A stretch of 64,000 nucleotides of DNA from Minisyncoccota bacterium (GCA_018061865.1 JAGOTH010000001.1:4249-68248), one strand, 5' to 3'; shown: positions 9,484 to 17,333, counted from the stretch's first letter. Notes: a model not told the origin generated them from the sequence alone. Made by a program: numbers and translations.

Positions 9484-9746
9484 AGCCAACGATGGGAATT
9501 GAACCCATGACCTCACCCTTCGCTTACACCTCTTCTTTTTGTATACAAGAGGGCTAGACTGTATCTTATCCGATTCAAATCGGATCTCTTGTCAGTCGTT
9601 CGGGCCTCTTTAAAAGATGCCACGGTCTTGTCCTAAAATTAATCAGATTTTAACCGTTATTCGAGATTCAAATCGATATTACTATCGAATTGGGCGGGGA
9701 ACGGCGCTCCACCATGGGTGTGCTCTACCAACTGAGCTACATTGGC
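9484..9746 (-). tRNA. tRNA-Thr(GGU) interrupted by a group I intron between anticodon-loop positions 36 and 37
   Basis: Exon 1 (9746..9711): GCCAAUG UA GCUC AGUUGGUA GAGC A CACCC AUGGU. Exon 2 (9520..9484): AA GGGUG AGGUC AUGGG UUCAAUU CCCAU CGUUGGC U. The joined exons are near-identical to E. coli tRNA-Thr(GGU); anticodon loop AUGGUAA. Confidence 0.75.
9521..9710 (-). ncRNA. group I self-splicing intron (190 nt) in the tRNA-Thr anticodon loop
   Basis: 5' exon ends in U and a possible IGS GCCGU pairs with exon AUGGU (U.G at splice site); R-like GAACGACUGACAAGAG and S-like AAGAUACAGUCUAGCC form P7 GACUG/CAGUC; P8 hairpin AUCCGAUUUGAAUCGGAU between them; GNRA-capped hairpin UCGAUA-GUAA-UAUCGA; P9 hairpin CCUCUUG...AAGAGG; terminal G before 3' exon AA. 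Confidence 0.65.
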
Positions 9747-9774
9747 TGACATTAACAAGCGTAATTTATCATAT

Positions 9775-10377
9775 TTACCTTAGATCATCAATCTTAGAAA
9801 TAATAAAATCTCTAAGTTTTTTATTATTAAAATACACGGTCAAAACTCCATATTTTACTTTATTTTTATATGTACCTTTTTTCCCAGATATTGATATTAT
9901 AGTTTTATAAAATTGCTTATCTGAGATTGATAGTTTTTTCATCCAAAATTTTTTTGCCTCATCTTCTGATATGTCGTTAAAAAGCTGTAATCCAAATCTT
10001 AATTTTGACTTTTTTATTTTAAAAAACTTAATAAGAAAGATGACGAAGACCTTTATTAAATCTGGATCGGTATTACCTAATCTAACAGAATGAGGAGATC
10101 TTTTTGTCCCCTCTCCCCAAAATAAACCCAACCCTAAGCCAAATAAAAAATAATCTTCTGGTGTTTGGGGTAAGGCTACTTCGAAAGGGTCTCCCTTCGG
10201 GTTCCATTTAAGATAGATAGATTCTCCTATTGTTCTTTTCTTTATGTTGAATTTTTTGAAAAGATAATTTATCCCTGTTTGAGAATAACCTAACTTTTCT
10301 GCAATTTGAGAAACAGAAAATTTTTTATCTAAATAAAGACTTTCCAAAAGTTCTTTTTTAACTAAAACTCTTTTCAT
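9775..10377 (-). CDS. LAGLIDADG-like homing endonuclease candidate with N-terminal HTH
   Basis: Very AT-rich 200-aa ORF 28 bp upstream of the intron-containing tRNA-Thr on the same strand; motif FLFGLGLGLFWGEGT resembles a single LAGLIDADG; N-terminal SQIAEKLGYSQTGINYLFKKF helix-turn-helix. Confidence 0.4.
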   Translation of the reverse strand: MKRVLVKKELLESLYLDKKFSVSQIAEKLGYSQTGINYLFKKFNIKKRTIGESIYLKWNPKGDPFEVALPQTPEDYFLFGLGLGLFWGEGTKRSPHSVRLGNTDPDLIKVFVIFLIKFFKIKKSKLRFGLQLFNDISEDEAKKFWMKKLSISDKQFYKTIISISGKKGTYKNKVKYGVLTVYFNNKKLRDFIISKIDDLR

Positions 10378-10414
10378 ATACTATAGATATTATAGTATAT
10401 TAGTTTTCTACTTT

Positions 10415-11338
10415 CTACTCTTTTTCAATTTCCTTTAGGTATTCTATCGGTGTTAACCCACTGTCTTTTATTTCTTGCGCTGTCTCTACTCCAACATAAC
10501 GATAGTGCCACGGTTCGAATTTGTATCCGGTTACTTCCTCTTTTCCACTCGGGAAGCTCATAACAAAACCATACTTGTGAGCATTGGCCTGTAACCACAA
10601 ACCCTCCTTTGTGTCTTTAAATTTTTCAGACAAAACTCCACCCAGAGAAGAGCTGGAGAAGTCTACAGTTGTTCCGAGTTGATGCTCAGAGTGTCCGGCT
10701 TCTGCTACTCCACGAAGAGCGCTTGGTCCTTCTATTTTTAAATACAAATCAACTAGATATTTTTGAATTTCAAATTTTCTAAATCCGGAAGTAACGATTA
10801 TGTTCACATCAGAGTTTTTTGCATCCGTTAGCATCAAAACTAGAGGATCATAAGTCTCAGCAGAGACACAGATTATTCCGTTGGTTGAAATTGTGGAAGG
10901 CAGAAATTTCAAATCTTTTGGAACAAATCCTAAAGGCAAGCCTTCTTCCCTACTGAGGGGGAAAATTGTGAATGGATCCTCTTCTGAAGAAGAAGTTGGG
11001 CATAATTCTTTTTTCAAGTTTTCTGTTAGAAGAGTTTTTGTTTGAGAAGAAACCTTTCCAGTTTCAGGTAATGAATTATTCTTTTCAAAAAGTTTTAGAG
11101 CTGATTCTGTTTTTGGACCAAAGATTCCATCTGACTTTATGTTTTGCTCTGGCATAACAGACGCGAGATATGTCTGAACTGTCTTGACCTCAAATCCTGA
11201 ACTGCCTCTTTTTACTTCATACAAGAATCCCCCACGAGCTCTCCAAGTGTTCAGGGCTGACATATCAGGAAAATAGGCAAGCATTGTTGCCGGCAGAATA
11301 AAGCCTGTTATTAAAAATAATATTAGAAATTTCTTCAC
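10415..11338 (-). CDS. VanY/LdcB-like D,D-carboxypeptidase (peptidase M15B) with N-terminal peptidoglycan-binding domain
   Basis: Signal/TM anchor; PG_binding_1-like GFEVKTVQTYLA...DGIFGPKTESALKLF; M15 motifs SEHQLGTTVD and EPWHYRYVG. Confidence 0.75.
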   Translation of the reverse strand: MKKFLILFLITGFILPATMLAYFPDMSALNTWRARGGFLYEVKRGSSGFEVKTVQTYLASVMPEQNIKSDGIFGPKTESALKLFEKNNSLPETGKVSSQTKTLLTENLKKELCPTSSSEEDPFTIFPLSREEGLPLGFVPKDLKFLPSTISTNGIICVSAETYDPLVLMLTDAKNSDVNIIVTSGFRKFEIQKYLVDLYLKIEGPSALRGVAEAGHSEHQLGTTVDFSSSSLGGVLSEKFKDTKEGLWLQANAHKYGFVMSFPSGKEEVTGYKFEPWHYRYVGVETAQEIKDSGLTPIEYLKEIEKE

Positions 11339-11395
11339 AAATACACTTTACACTAAAAAGGGGTAATCAAAAACCACCACAAGGCGGTTTTTGAT

Positions 11396-11574
11396 ATGGC
11401 GCAGTCGACGGGAATCTCACATCGTCACAAGTTCCTCTTTGAAAACCTCTCGGTTTTCAATACTTTCCTCCACGGGGAAACGGAAGTTTCCCCGACCCCC
11501 TTCCCGTTCGAGCCCCTTTTCTGTACTAGAAACAAAAAGATGCCAAAAAATAATTTTGACATCTTTTTGTTTTG
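11396..11574 (-). repeat. ~180-bp tRNA-3'-end-associated element, copy A (downstream of tRNA-Asp)
   Basis: Terminator hairpin, then 65-nt core GGGGUCGGGGAAAC-UUCC-GUUUCCCCGUGGAGGAAAGUAUUGAAAACCGAGAGGUUUUCAAAG, then GUGAGA, then duplicate of the tRNA-Asp 3' end (UUCCCGUCGACUGCGCCA, with CCA) at 11397..11414, then a second terminator hairpin; paralogous to 39342..39528. Confidence 0.6.
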
Positions 11575-11648
11575 CGCAGTCGACGGGACTCGAACCCGCA
11601 ACCTCCCGCGTGACAGGCGGGTGCTCTAACCAGTTGAGCTACGACTGC
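11575..11648 (-). tRNA. tRNA-Asp(GUC)
   Basis: GCAGUCG UA GCUC AACUGGUUA GAGC A CCCGC CUGUCAC GCGGG AGGUU GCGGG UUCGAGU CCCGU CGACUGC G. Confidence 0.85.
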
Positions 11649-11660
11649 ATATATTACTTT

Positions 11661-11760
11661 TTCAACTCAATTTTATTCCATTTCGCAACCCGCCTGACGG
11701 GTGCTCGCTATAGTCTAACTTGAGTTGAGCTCCGCCAAAGGCGGACAAGTACGACTGCAT
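11661..11760 (-). pseudogene. decayed tandem copy of tRNA-Asp flanked by 11-nt direct repeat
   Basis: minus-strand GCAGUCGUA...GCUCAACUCAAGUUAGACUAUAGCGAGCACCCGUCAGGCGGGUUGCG retains acceptor/D-stem/anticodon-stem remnants of tRNA-Asp with insertions; tacgactgcat repeated at 11640..11650 and 11750..11760. Confidence 0.4.
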
Positions 11761-11841
11761 TTTTTTCTTTTTCAACTTAGGCAAAATACCTAAGTTAACG
11801 ATTTGCATTCTACCAAAAAATGGCAAAAATGAAAACCGCTG

Positions 11842-11914
11842 TGACGGAGGTGGGGGTTGAACCCACGACCCCAGGCTTATGAGTCCTGTGCTCTACCAAC
11901 TGAGCTACTCCGTC
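11842..11914 (-). tRNA. tRNA-Met(CAU), elongator-type
   Basis: GACGGAG UA GCUC AGUUGGUA GAGC A CAGGA CUCAUAA GCCUG GGGUC GUGGG UUCAACC CCCAC CUCCGUC A; G1-C72 paired, C11:G24. Confidence 0.8.
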
Positions 11915-11964
11915 GTTCTTTCGACTTCAGTGGCATGATTTGCGACATGTCACGTGTCGAAGTG

Positions 11965-12035
11965 TTGCGGGGTCTGGAATCGCACCAGAGCCTCAAGGTT
12001 ATGAGCCTTGCGAGATACTTCTTCTCCACCCCGCT
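11965..12035 (-). tRNA. tRNA(CAU) with initiator-like features and non-canonical D- and T-loops (tRNA-fMet or pseudogene)
   Basis: AGCGGGG UG GAGA AGAAGUA UCUC G CAAGG CUCAUAA CCUUG AGGC UCUGG UGCGAUU CCAGA CCCCGCA A; unpaired 1:72 (A.A), A11:U24; but no GG in D-loop and G at position 55. Confidence 0.35.
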
Positions 12036-12121
12036 ATATAGAACCAAAAATGGTTGCTCGGAGAGTATAACAAAAAAGCTTGGATTTGCAAATATTCTAG
12101 AAAGGTATAGTGTAGATAAAA

Positions 12122-12484
12122 ATGAACTTTATGAAAGGAATAGCACTATTTGTTATGGTTTTTTTCATTAGTTTTAATGAAATAAAAGCCCAAGTCTTTT
12201 TAGAAATTAATGGGAAAAAATTATTAATTTTAGACCCACAAGACAGTTCTATGAACGAGTTAGTTGAAATTCCCTGCCTAATCGACGGCATGTCGATAGA
12301 TATAGGAAAAACTAACTTCACTGTAATGTACGAAGATTTTTTAAACAAAATATTCGGAGTAGAAATGAGAATTGGCCAGGAGTGCTTTTATTATAAAAGT
12401 AACGAAGGTTGGAAAAAATGGGTTAACGACCAGGCGGGATATCAAAAAATTCCCCATAGAAAAATAGCTTATTGCTCGGACTAA
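12122..12484 (+). CDS. small secreted hypothetical protein
   Basis: Signal peptide MKGIALFVMVFFISFNEIKA; 4 Cys; terminator 12474-12498. Confidence 0.45.
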   Translation: MNFMKGIALFVMVFFISFNEIKAQVFLEINGKKLLILDPQDSSMNELVEIPCLIDGMSIDIGKTNFTVMYEDFLNKIFGVEMRIGQECFYYKSNEGWKKWVNDQAGYQKIPHRKIAYCSD

Positions 12485-12498
12485 AGTCCGAGTTTTTT
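12474..12498 (+). terminator. rho-independent terminator
   Basis: GCTCGGACTAAAGTCCGAGTTTTTT. Confidence 0.6.
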
Positions 12499-12502
12499 AT
12501 TT

Positions 12503-13147
12503 TTAAATATAATCAAACTCTCGGAAAGATCTCTCGAAATGAGTAAGGGCTTCTTTTGTTTCCGCATATGAAAGTTCGAACTTTGATCCTTCGTGGGCGA
12601 TTTTGTTTCGAACCAAGTGACCCTTCCAAGCATCCTGAACTGTTCGAAAATGTGCCGGAGATGCGTTCTTCAGCTTTTCTCCAAGAGTGTCTCCAATGAA
12701 CCCCTTCTCTTCAAGCATTTCTTCAAGCATCACGTCAGCTTCAATAATCGCAAGTCGTCTATCACTTTCTTTTATTGATTCTGATTCAGAAACAATTTTC
12801 TGCCACTGAGTAGACTTTGACGGAGCCATGGCCTTGTCGCGAGGAATATAGACCTTTAGTCTGTCAGCAAACTTTTTGTCTTCTTCCTTTCCGCGAATAT
12901 GAGAATAGATGATTACATAAATCAAAATAATTATGATTATTGTCGCAAGCACGATAAACCACCCAATCCCCGAACCACTACCAAAGAGTGCGTTTAGTAT
13001 TCCGTGCCAAATAAAATTAAGCAGTTGATACAATTTATAAAAAACATATTCGAGGTTTAGAAAAGTTGGGTCAGCAAAATTAATTCTTGATAAAAAAGGA
13101 ATCAAGATAAGGAGAGCTATTATGAGACCTAGGCTGGCTGCTGGCAT
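12503..13147 (-). CDS. membrane protein with C-terminal HEPN-like (Rx4H) motif
   Basis: Two N-terminal TM helices; C-terminal HLVRNKIAHEG (RNxxxH, HepT/HEPN-like); stop abuts gatA start (operon gatC-gatA-this). Confidence 0.35.
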   Translation of the reverse strand: MPAASLGLIIALLILIPFLSRINFADPTFLNLEYVFYKLYQLLNFIWHGILNALFGSGSGIGWFIVLATIIIIILIYVIIYSHIRGKEEDKKFADRLKVYIPRDKAMAPSKSTQWQKIVSESESIKESDRRLAIIEADVMLEEMLEEKGFIGDTLGEKLKNASPAHFRTVQDAWKGHLVRNKIAHEGSKFELSYAETKEALTHFERSFREFDYI

Positions 13148-14563
13148 CTATTCTTTTATTTTCTCAAATTTCTGACTAAAAGCAATAAGAGAAGAGTCTT
13201 CTCTGTCACTAGCCATAAATTGAATGTCTAATGGAAGCCCACTTGAAGAAGTTTTGTTTGGAATTGAAATCGCAGGGAAACCAACAATGTTTGCTGGCAC
13301 AGTGAAAATATCTGATAGATACATCTGAAGTGGATCGGACTTCTCTCCCACACGAAAGGCTGGAGACGGTGTCGTTGGGGTAGCAATAACATCCACGGTT
13401 TTAAATACTTCAAGAAGTTCTTTTCTAATTGCACTTTTCATATTTATCGCCTTCTTGTAATAGGCATCATAATATCCGTGAGAGAGAACATAAGTTCCAA
13501 GCATTACTCTTCTTCTGGTTTCTGGTCCAAATCCTTCTCGACGACTCTTAGTGTAAGTTTCAAACAAATTTGGTGCATCGACGCGAGATCCGTAACGAAT
13601 ACCGTCAAAACGAGATAAGTTTGTAGAAACTTCAGCTGGCATAATTATGTAGTAAACCGCCAGAGAGTATTCTGTAAGAGGAAGTTCTATTGGAACAATT
13701 TCGTTTCCTTCTTTTTCTAATTTTGAAATAGTTTCTTTGAAGTTAGAGAGAGTCTCTCCATCAATTCCCTCTCGTTCAATCATAGTCCAAGGAACTCCAA
13801 TCTTCTTGAATTCTCTTGTTTCATTTTTTCTAAAATTTTCCGGAATAGAAGTCGCGTCGTTCTTGTCAAAAAATGAAATAGCATCAAAAACTATTTTTAA
13901 GTCATCAGAACTCTTTGTCATAGGTCCAACCTGATCGAGTGAGTTTCCCATGGAAATAATTCCAGACCGAGACACACTTCCATATGAGCCCTTGTATCCA
14001 ACAACTCCACAGAATCCCGCTGGTTGTCGCACAGAGCCTCCTGTGTCTGTTCCTAGAGCAAATAAGCACATTCCTGAAGCAAGTGCTGAGGCACTTCCCC
14101 CAGAGCTTCCTCCGGCAACTCGAGAAGAATCATATGGATTTTTTGTAACACCAAGACTTGAGTTCTCTGTTGAGCTTCCCATCGCGAACTCGTCCATGTT
14201 GGTTCTTCCAATAACAACAGCCCCCATCTCTCTCAACTTTTTTATTATTGGAGCAGAGTAAGTTGCGGTGTGTTTTGAAAGCGCCTTTGAAGATGCGCTG
14301 GCGATATGACCTTCAAATAGAATATTATCTTTTATTGCAAATGGGATTCCTGTTAGAGATGTAGCTTTCCCTTCCGCGATCATTTTGTCGGCGTTCTCAG
14401 CTTGTTCTTTTGCATCAGAAAAAACTTCTATAAAAGCAAAGAGTTCACTATTTCTATCTTCAATATTTTTCAAACAAGCATTGAGTAAATCAACAGAAGA
14501 AAACTCTTTTGAAGAGAGAGCTTTATGAGCGGATGAAATTGTAAGATTTTTTATATCAATCAT
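13148..14563 (-). CDS. gatA: Asp/Glu-tRNA(Asn/Gln) amidotransferase subunit A
   Basis: Amidase signature GGSSGGSASALASGMCLFALGTDTGGSVRQPA; 471 aa. Confidence 0.9.
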   Translation of the reverse strand: MIDIKNLTISSAHKALSSKEFSSVDLLNACLKNIEDRNSELFAFIEVFSDAKEQAENADKMIAEGKATSLTGIPFAIKDNILFEGHIASASSKALSKHTATYSAPIIKKLREMGAVVIGRTNMDEFAMGSSTENSSLGVTKNPYDSSRVAGGSSGGSASALASGMCLFALGTDTGGSVRQPAGFCGVVGYKGSYGSVSRSGIISMGNSLDQVGPMTKSSDDLKIVFDAISFFDKNDATSIPENFRKNETREFKKIGVPWTMIEREGIDGETLSNFKETISKLEKEGNEIVPIELPLTEYSLAVYYIIMPAEVSTNLSRFDGIRYGSRVDAPNLFETYTKSRREGFGPETRRRVMLGTYVLSHGYYDAYYKKAINMKSAIRKELLEVFKTVDVIATPTTPSPAFRVGEKSDPLQMYLSDIFTVPANIVGFPAISIPNKTSSSGLPLDIQFMASDREDSSLIAFSQKFEKIKE

Positions 14564-14573
14564 ATTTTAGAAA

Positions 14574-14843
14574 TTACAAAACAGAAGGAACCTTCAGCGC
14601 GTCCCCATCATTATCTGGAAATTGTTTTATTATATTTTCTCTACCGGCAAAAGGAGTGGCTTCGTCTACCCTTCCGACATTCCGAACATCAGAAACAAAG
14701 TCTGATTCTGGAACATCAATAGAGCGGATTTGATCAATGTATCCGAGGATAGAATCAAAGTCCTTCTTCAAGTCTTCCATTTCCTGTTCAGTCATGTCTA
14801 TTCGAGCCAGAGAGGCTAGCTTTTTTATGTCGCTCAATTCCAT
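14574..14843 (-). CDS. gatC: Asp/Glu-tRNA amidotransferase subunit C
   Basis: 89 aa, GatC-like; immediately upstream of gatA. Confidence 0.75.
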   Translation of the reverse strand: MELSDIKKLASLARIDMTEQEMEDLKKDFDSILGYIDQIRSIDVPESDFVSDVRNVGRVDEATPFAGRENIIKQFPDNDGDALKVPSVL

Positions 14844-14863
14844 CCCTAGATTATAACGTATTT

Positions 14864-15274
14864 TTGAGGAAAATTAATAATTTGACAATTGATATTTTTA
14901 TTGATAAATTAAAGAAAAATTGTATTATGGAAAAAATAGAAGTAAGTGTTTTCAAGCAAAAGTTAGGTAAACACAATTTCATATATGTCGCGTTTGAGAC
15001 TGAAGGGGGAAATCCTCAAGAAAAGTTTCGAGTGTTTAAAGAGAAGCTAGAGGATTTTTCTACAAGCTTGGTAAATGAATTGGCAAAAACAGGCACTGAC
15101 TACACAATGCTACAATTATCATTTATTCCTGCGGGTATACAAGGAATTGATTTATCCAAAGTAATGACAAGGGTTGCAGCACGAACAGGACTCGAGGAAG
15201 AAGAAAAAAGGGAACTTTTCGAGCGCCTAATTCAGATTACATCTGAAAAAAAAGAAAAAATATCTGCAGAATAA
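14864..15274 (+). CDS. hypothetical protein
   Basis: 136-aa ORF (possible start MEKIEV at ~14927); terminator TCTGCAGAATAAGTCTGCAGTTTTTT 15262-15287. Confidence 0.3.
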   Translation: MRKINNLTIDIFIDKLKKNCIMEKIEVSVFKQKLGKHNFIYVAFETEGGNPQEKFRVFKEKLEDFSTSLVNELAKTGTDYTMLQLSFIPAGIQGIDLSKVMTRVAARTGLEEEEKRELFERLIQITSEKKEKISAE

Positions 15275-15291
15275 GTCTGCAGTTTTTTATT

Positions 15292-15338
15292 TTCCCCCAC
15301 ACCTATTTATTTTTAAATATGTGTGGGGGCATGCCCAT
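15292..15338. repeat. CCCACAC...GTGTGGG palindromic hairpin repeat, copy 3
   Basis: cccccacacc-loop-tgtgtggggg catgccc; overlaps last 11 codons of the ligA ORF. Confidence 0.55.
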
Positions 15339-17333
15339 TTTTACGAACTCCGCTTCACTTATCACCTTCACTCCAAGTTTATTCGCTTCATTTAGTTTGG
15401 ACCCAGCGCTCTCCCCTGCAAGTACAAAACTTGTCGTTTTTGATACAGAGCTCGCAACCTTGCCACCATTGTCGAGTATTATTTTTTTGGCTTCCTCGCG
15501 AGAAAGTGTCGGAAGTGTTCCAGTTAGAACAAAAGTTAAACCTGTAAACTTTCCAGTAGCTTTTTTATATTCTTTTGGCTTCACGTCATTATCAATAAGT
15601 TTTTGAACAAACTTCTGATGATATTCGTCAGAGAGATATTCTAAGATACTTTCTGTTACAGCCGGACCGATATTTTCTATCTCGTCCAAATCACTTTCTT
15701 TTGCATTTAAAAATTTCTTTAGTGTTCCAAAATGTCCTGCTAGATCTCGAGCGGTTTCTTCTCCCACATGGATTATCCCGAGAGACACGATGAACCGGTC
15801 GAGTGTCGGATTCCTTCTCTCTTTTATGTTACCTACGATATTGCTTGCACTTTTGTCTCCGAATCTCTCAAGTCCTGACAAGTCAGCTTCGGTGAGAGTG
15901 AAAAGGTCCGCTCCGTCAGTTATCAGTCCTTCGTCCTGAAGTCTCTCGATTATCTTTGGACCAACAGTGTAGATATCAAATGCGTTTACGAAATGAACAA
16001 GACCCCGAGTGCTTTTTGCCTCGCAACGTTTGTTTGTACAATAGTACGCGACACTTTTTCCACCCTGTCCTTCCTTTTTCTCAACTTCCCCTCCACAAAC
16101 AGGACAACTCGATGGCATTTTGAAATTCTTCTCTTTTCCTGTGCGAAGGCCTTTCAAAACTTCAACAACCTCAGGAATAACATCCCCCGCTTTTTGTATA
16201 ACAACAGTGTCACCTATTTTCAAGTCTAGTCTCTCTATCTGATCCATATTGTGAAGAGTTGCTTTAGAAACTGTAGAACCTGAGACAAGTGTCGGTTCGA
16301 AGTGTGCAAGTGGAGTAAGTACTCCTGTGCGACCAACTTGAACAGTAATATCGAGAACTTTTGTTGTAGCCTTCTCAGCCGGATACTTGAATGCGCACAT
16401 ATAACGTGGAGCCTTGCCCACAACTCCGAGTCTCTTTTGAAGAGATGTTTCGTTGATCGAGATCACAACTCCGTCGGTTCCAAAAGGAAGACTTTCACGT
16501 ATCTTTGAAATACCTTCTACGAATTTTTCAACATCTTTTATATCTTTGCATTTTTTTTCATGCTCACTGACGGGAAAACCGAGCGACAACAGAAGCCTGT
16601 GTTCGTCTGAGTGAAGTTTTATTTTTTTGTTGTAGTCGTCTGAAAGTTGTGCGATGTCGTACGCAAAGAAACTCAAGTTTCTTTCTTTTGCAATACTTGG
16701 ATCAAGTTGACGCATACTTCCTGCCGCAGCGTTACGAGTATTGGCAAACTTCGGTTTTCCATCGCGTTCGTTCTGCTTGTTCAATCCCACTAGGGTATCT
16801 TTGGACATAACTATTTCTCCACGAACTTCTATTATTTTCGGAGAATTCTCTGGTAAGACTACAGGGATATCAGAAATCATTTTTATATTCTCGGTTATAT
16901 TCTCTCCGATGAATCCGTCTCCTCGTGTTGCGCCATAAACAAGTTTTCCATTTTCGTAAAACAAAGAGACGGCAAGACCGTCGAACTTTAGTTCTGCAAA
17001 ATACGAAAGTGTCTCACCTTTTATTATTTTCTTCGCTCGCTCTTCCCAATCTTCTAGTTCCGAAATAGAAAAAACATCCTGCAAAGATAGCATCCGTTCC
17101 TTGTGAGTTATTTTTTCAAATTTATCGAGAGGAGCTCCGGCAACACGGTTTATCGGGTCGTCAGTTAGTCGAAGGTCTGGAAATTTGCCCTCTATAGAAC
17201 GCAACTCTCGAGTTAGAGAATCGTAAATATCGTCAGTTATCTCTGGATCGTTTAGAACGTGGTAACGATAACGCAAATCAGTAATAGTTTCTCGAAGTTT
17301 GTTCAACCTTGTTTTTGCCTCAGATTTATTCAC
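15303..17333 (-). CDS. ligA: NAD-dependent DNA ligase
   Basis: Adenylation KxDG region, Zn-finger Cys cluster (CPVCGG...C...C), HhH and C-terminal BRCT; 676 aa. Confidence 0.9.
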   Translation of the reverse strand: MNKSEAKTRLNKLRETITDLRYRYHVLNDPEITDDIYDSLTRELRSIEGKFPDLRLTDDPINRVAGAPLDKFEKITHKERMLSLQDVFSISELEDWEERAKKIIKGETLSYFAELKFDGLAVSLFYENGKLVYGATRGDGFIGENITENIKMISDIPVVLPENSPKIIEVRGEIVMSKDTLVGLNKQNERDGKPKFANTRNAAAGSMRQLDPSIAKERNLSFFAYDIAQLSDDYNKKIKLHSDEHRLLLSLGFPVSEHEKKCKDIKDVEKFVEGISKIRESLPFGTDGVVISINETSLQKRLGVVGKAPRYMCAFKYPAEKATTKVLDITVQVGRTGVLTPLAHFEPTLVSGSTVSKATLHNMDQIERLDLKIGDTVVIQKAGDVIPEVVEVLKGLRTGKEKNFKMPSSCPVCGGEVEKKEGQGGKSVAYYCTNKRCEAKSTRGLVHFVNAFDIYTVGPKIIERLQDEGLITDGADLFTLTEADLSGLERFGDKSASNIVGNIKERRNPTLDRFIVSLGIIHVGEETARDLAGHFGTLKKFLNAKESDLDEIENIGPAVTESILEYLSDEYHQKFVQKLIDNDVKPKEYKKATGKFTGLTFVLTGTLPTLSREEAKKIILDNGGKVASSVSKTTSFVLAGESAGSKLNEANKLGVKVISEAEFVKMGMPPHIFKNK

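Noticed and set aside
9484-9746. Class II tRNA (Leu/Ser) or tRNA-Arg(GCG) interpretation of the split tRNA
   Set aside because: Placing the 3' splice site after ...UAAGCG leaves AA as loop positions 37-38 and gives the canonical 7-nt loop AUGGUAA with the exon ending in U; the whole exon sequence then matches tRNA-Thr(GGU). Other placements give 6-nt loops or a G at the 5' splice site.
11396-11480. Short peptide (MKTERFSK...) preceded by GGAGG inside the conserved 65-nt core
   Set aside because: Both copies give 11-13 codon ORFs with a UUG start, but the peptides diverge after 8 residues and the GGAGG lies in a conserved hairpin flank; RNA-level function is more parsimonious.
11391-11723. 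ORFs 11391..11723(+), 11396..11629(+), 11857..12171(+), 39279..39476(-) as protein genes
   Set aside because: They run antisense through tRNA genes and the repeated element (shared KTSRFSILSSTGK is just the conserved core read in one frame; CALPTEL is the usual tRNA-antisense artefact).
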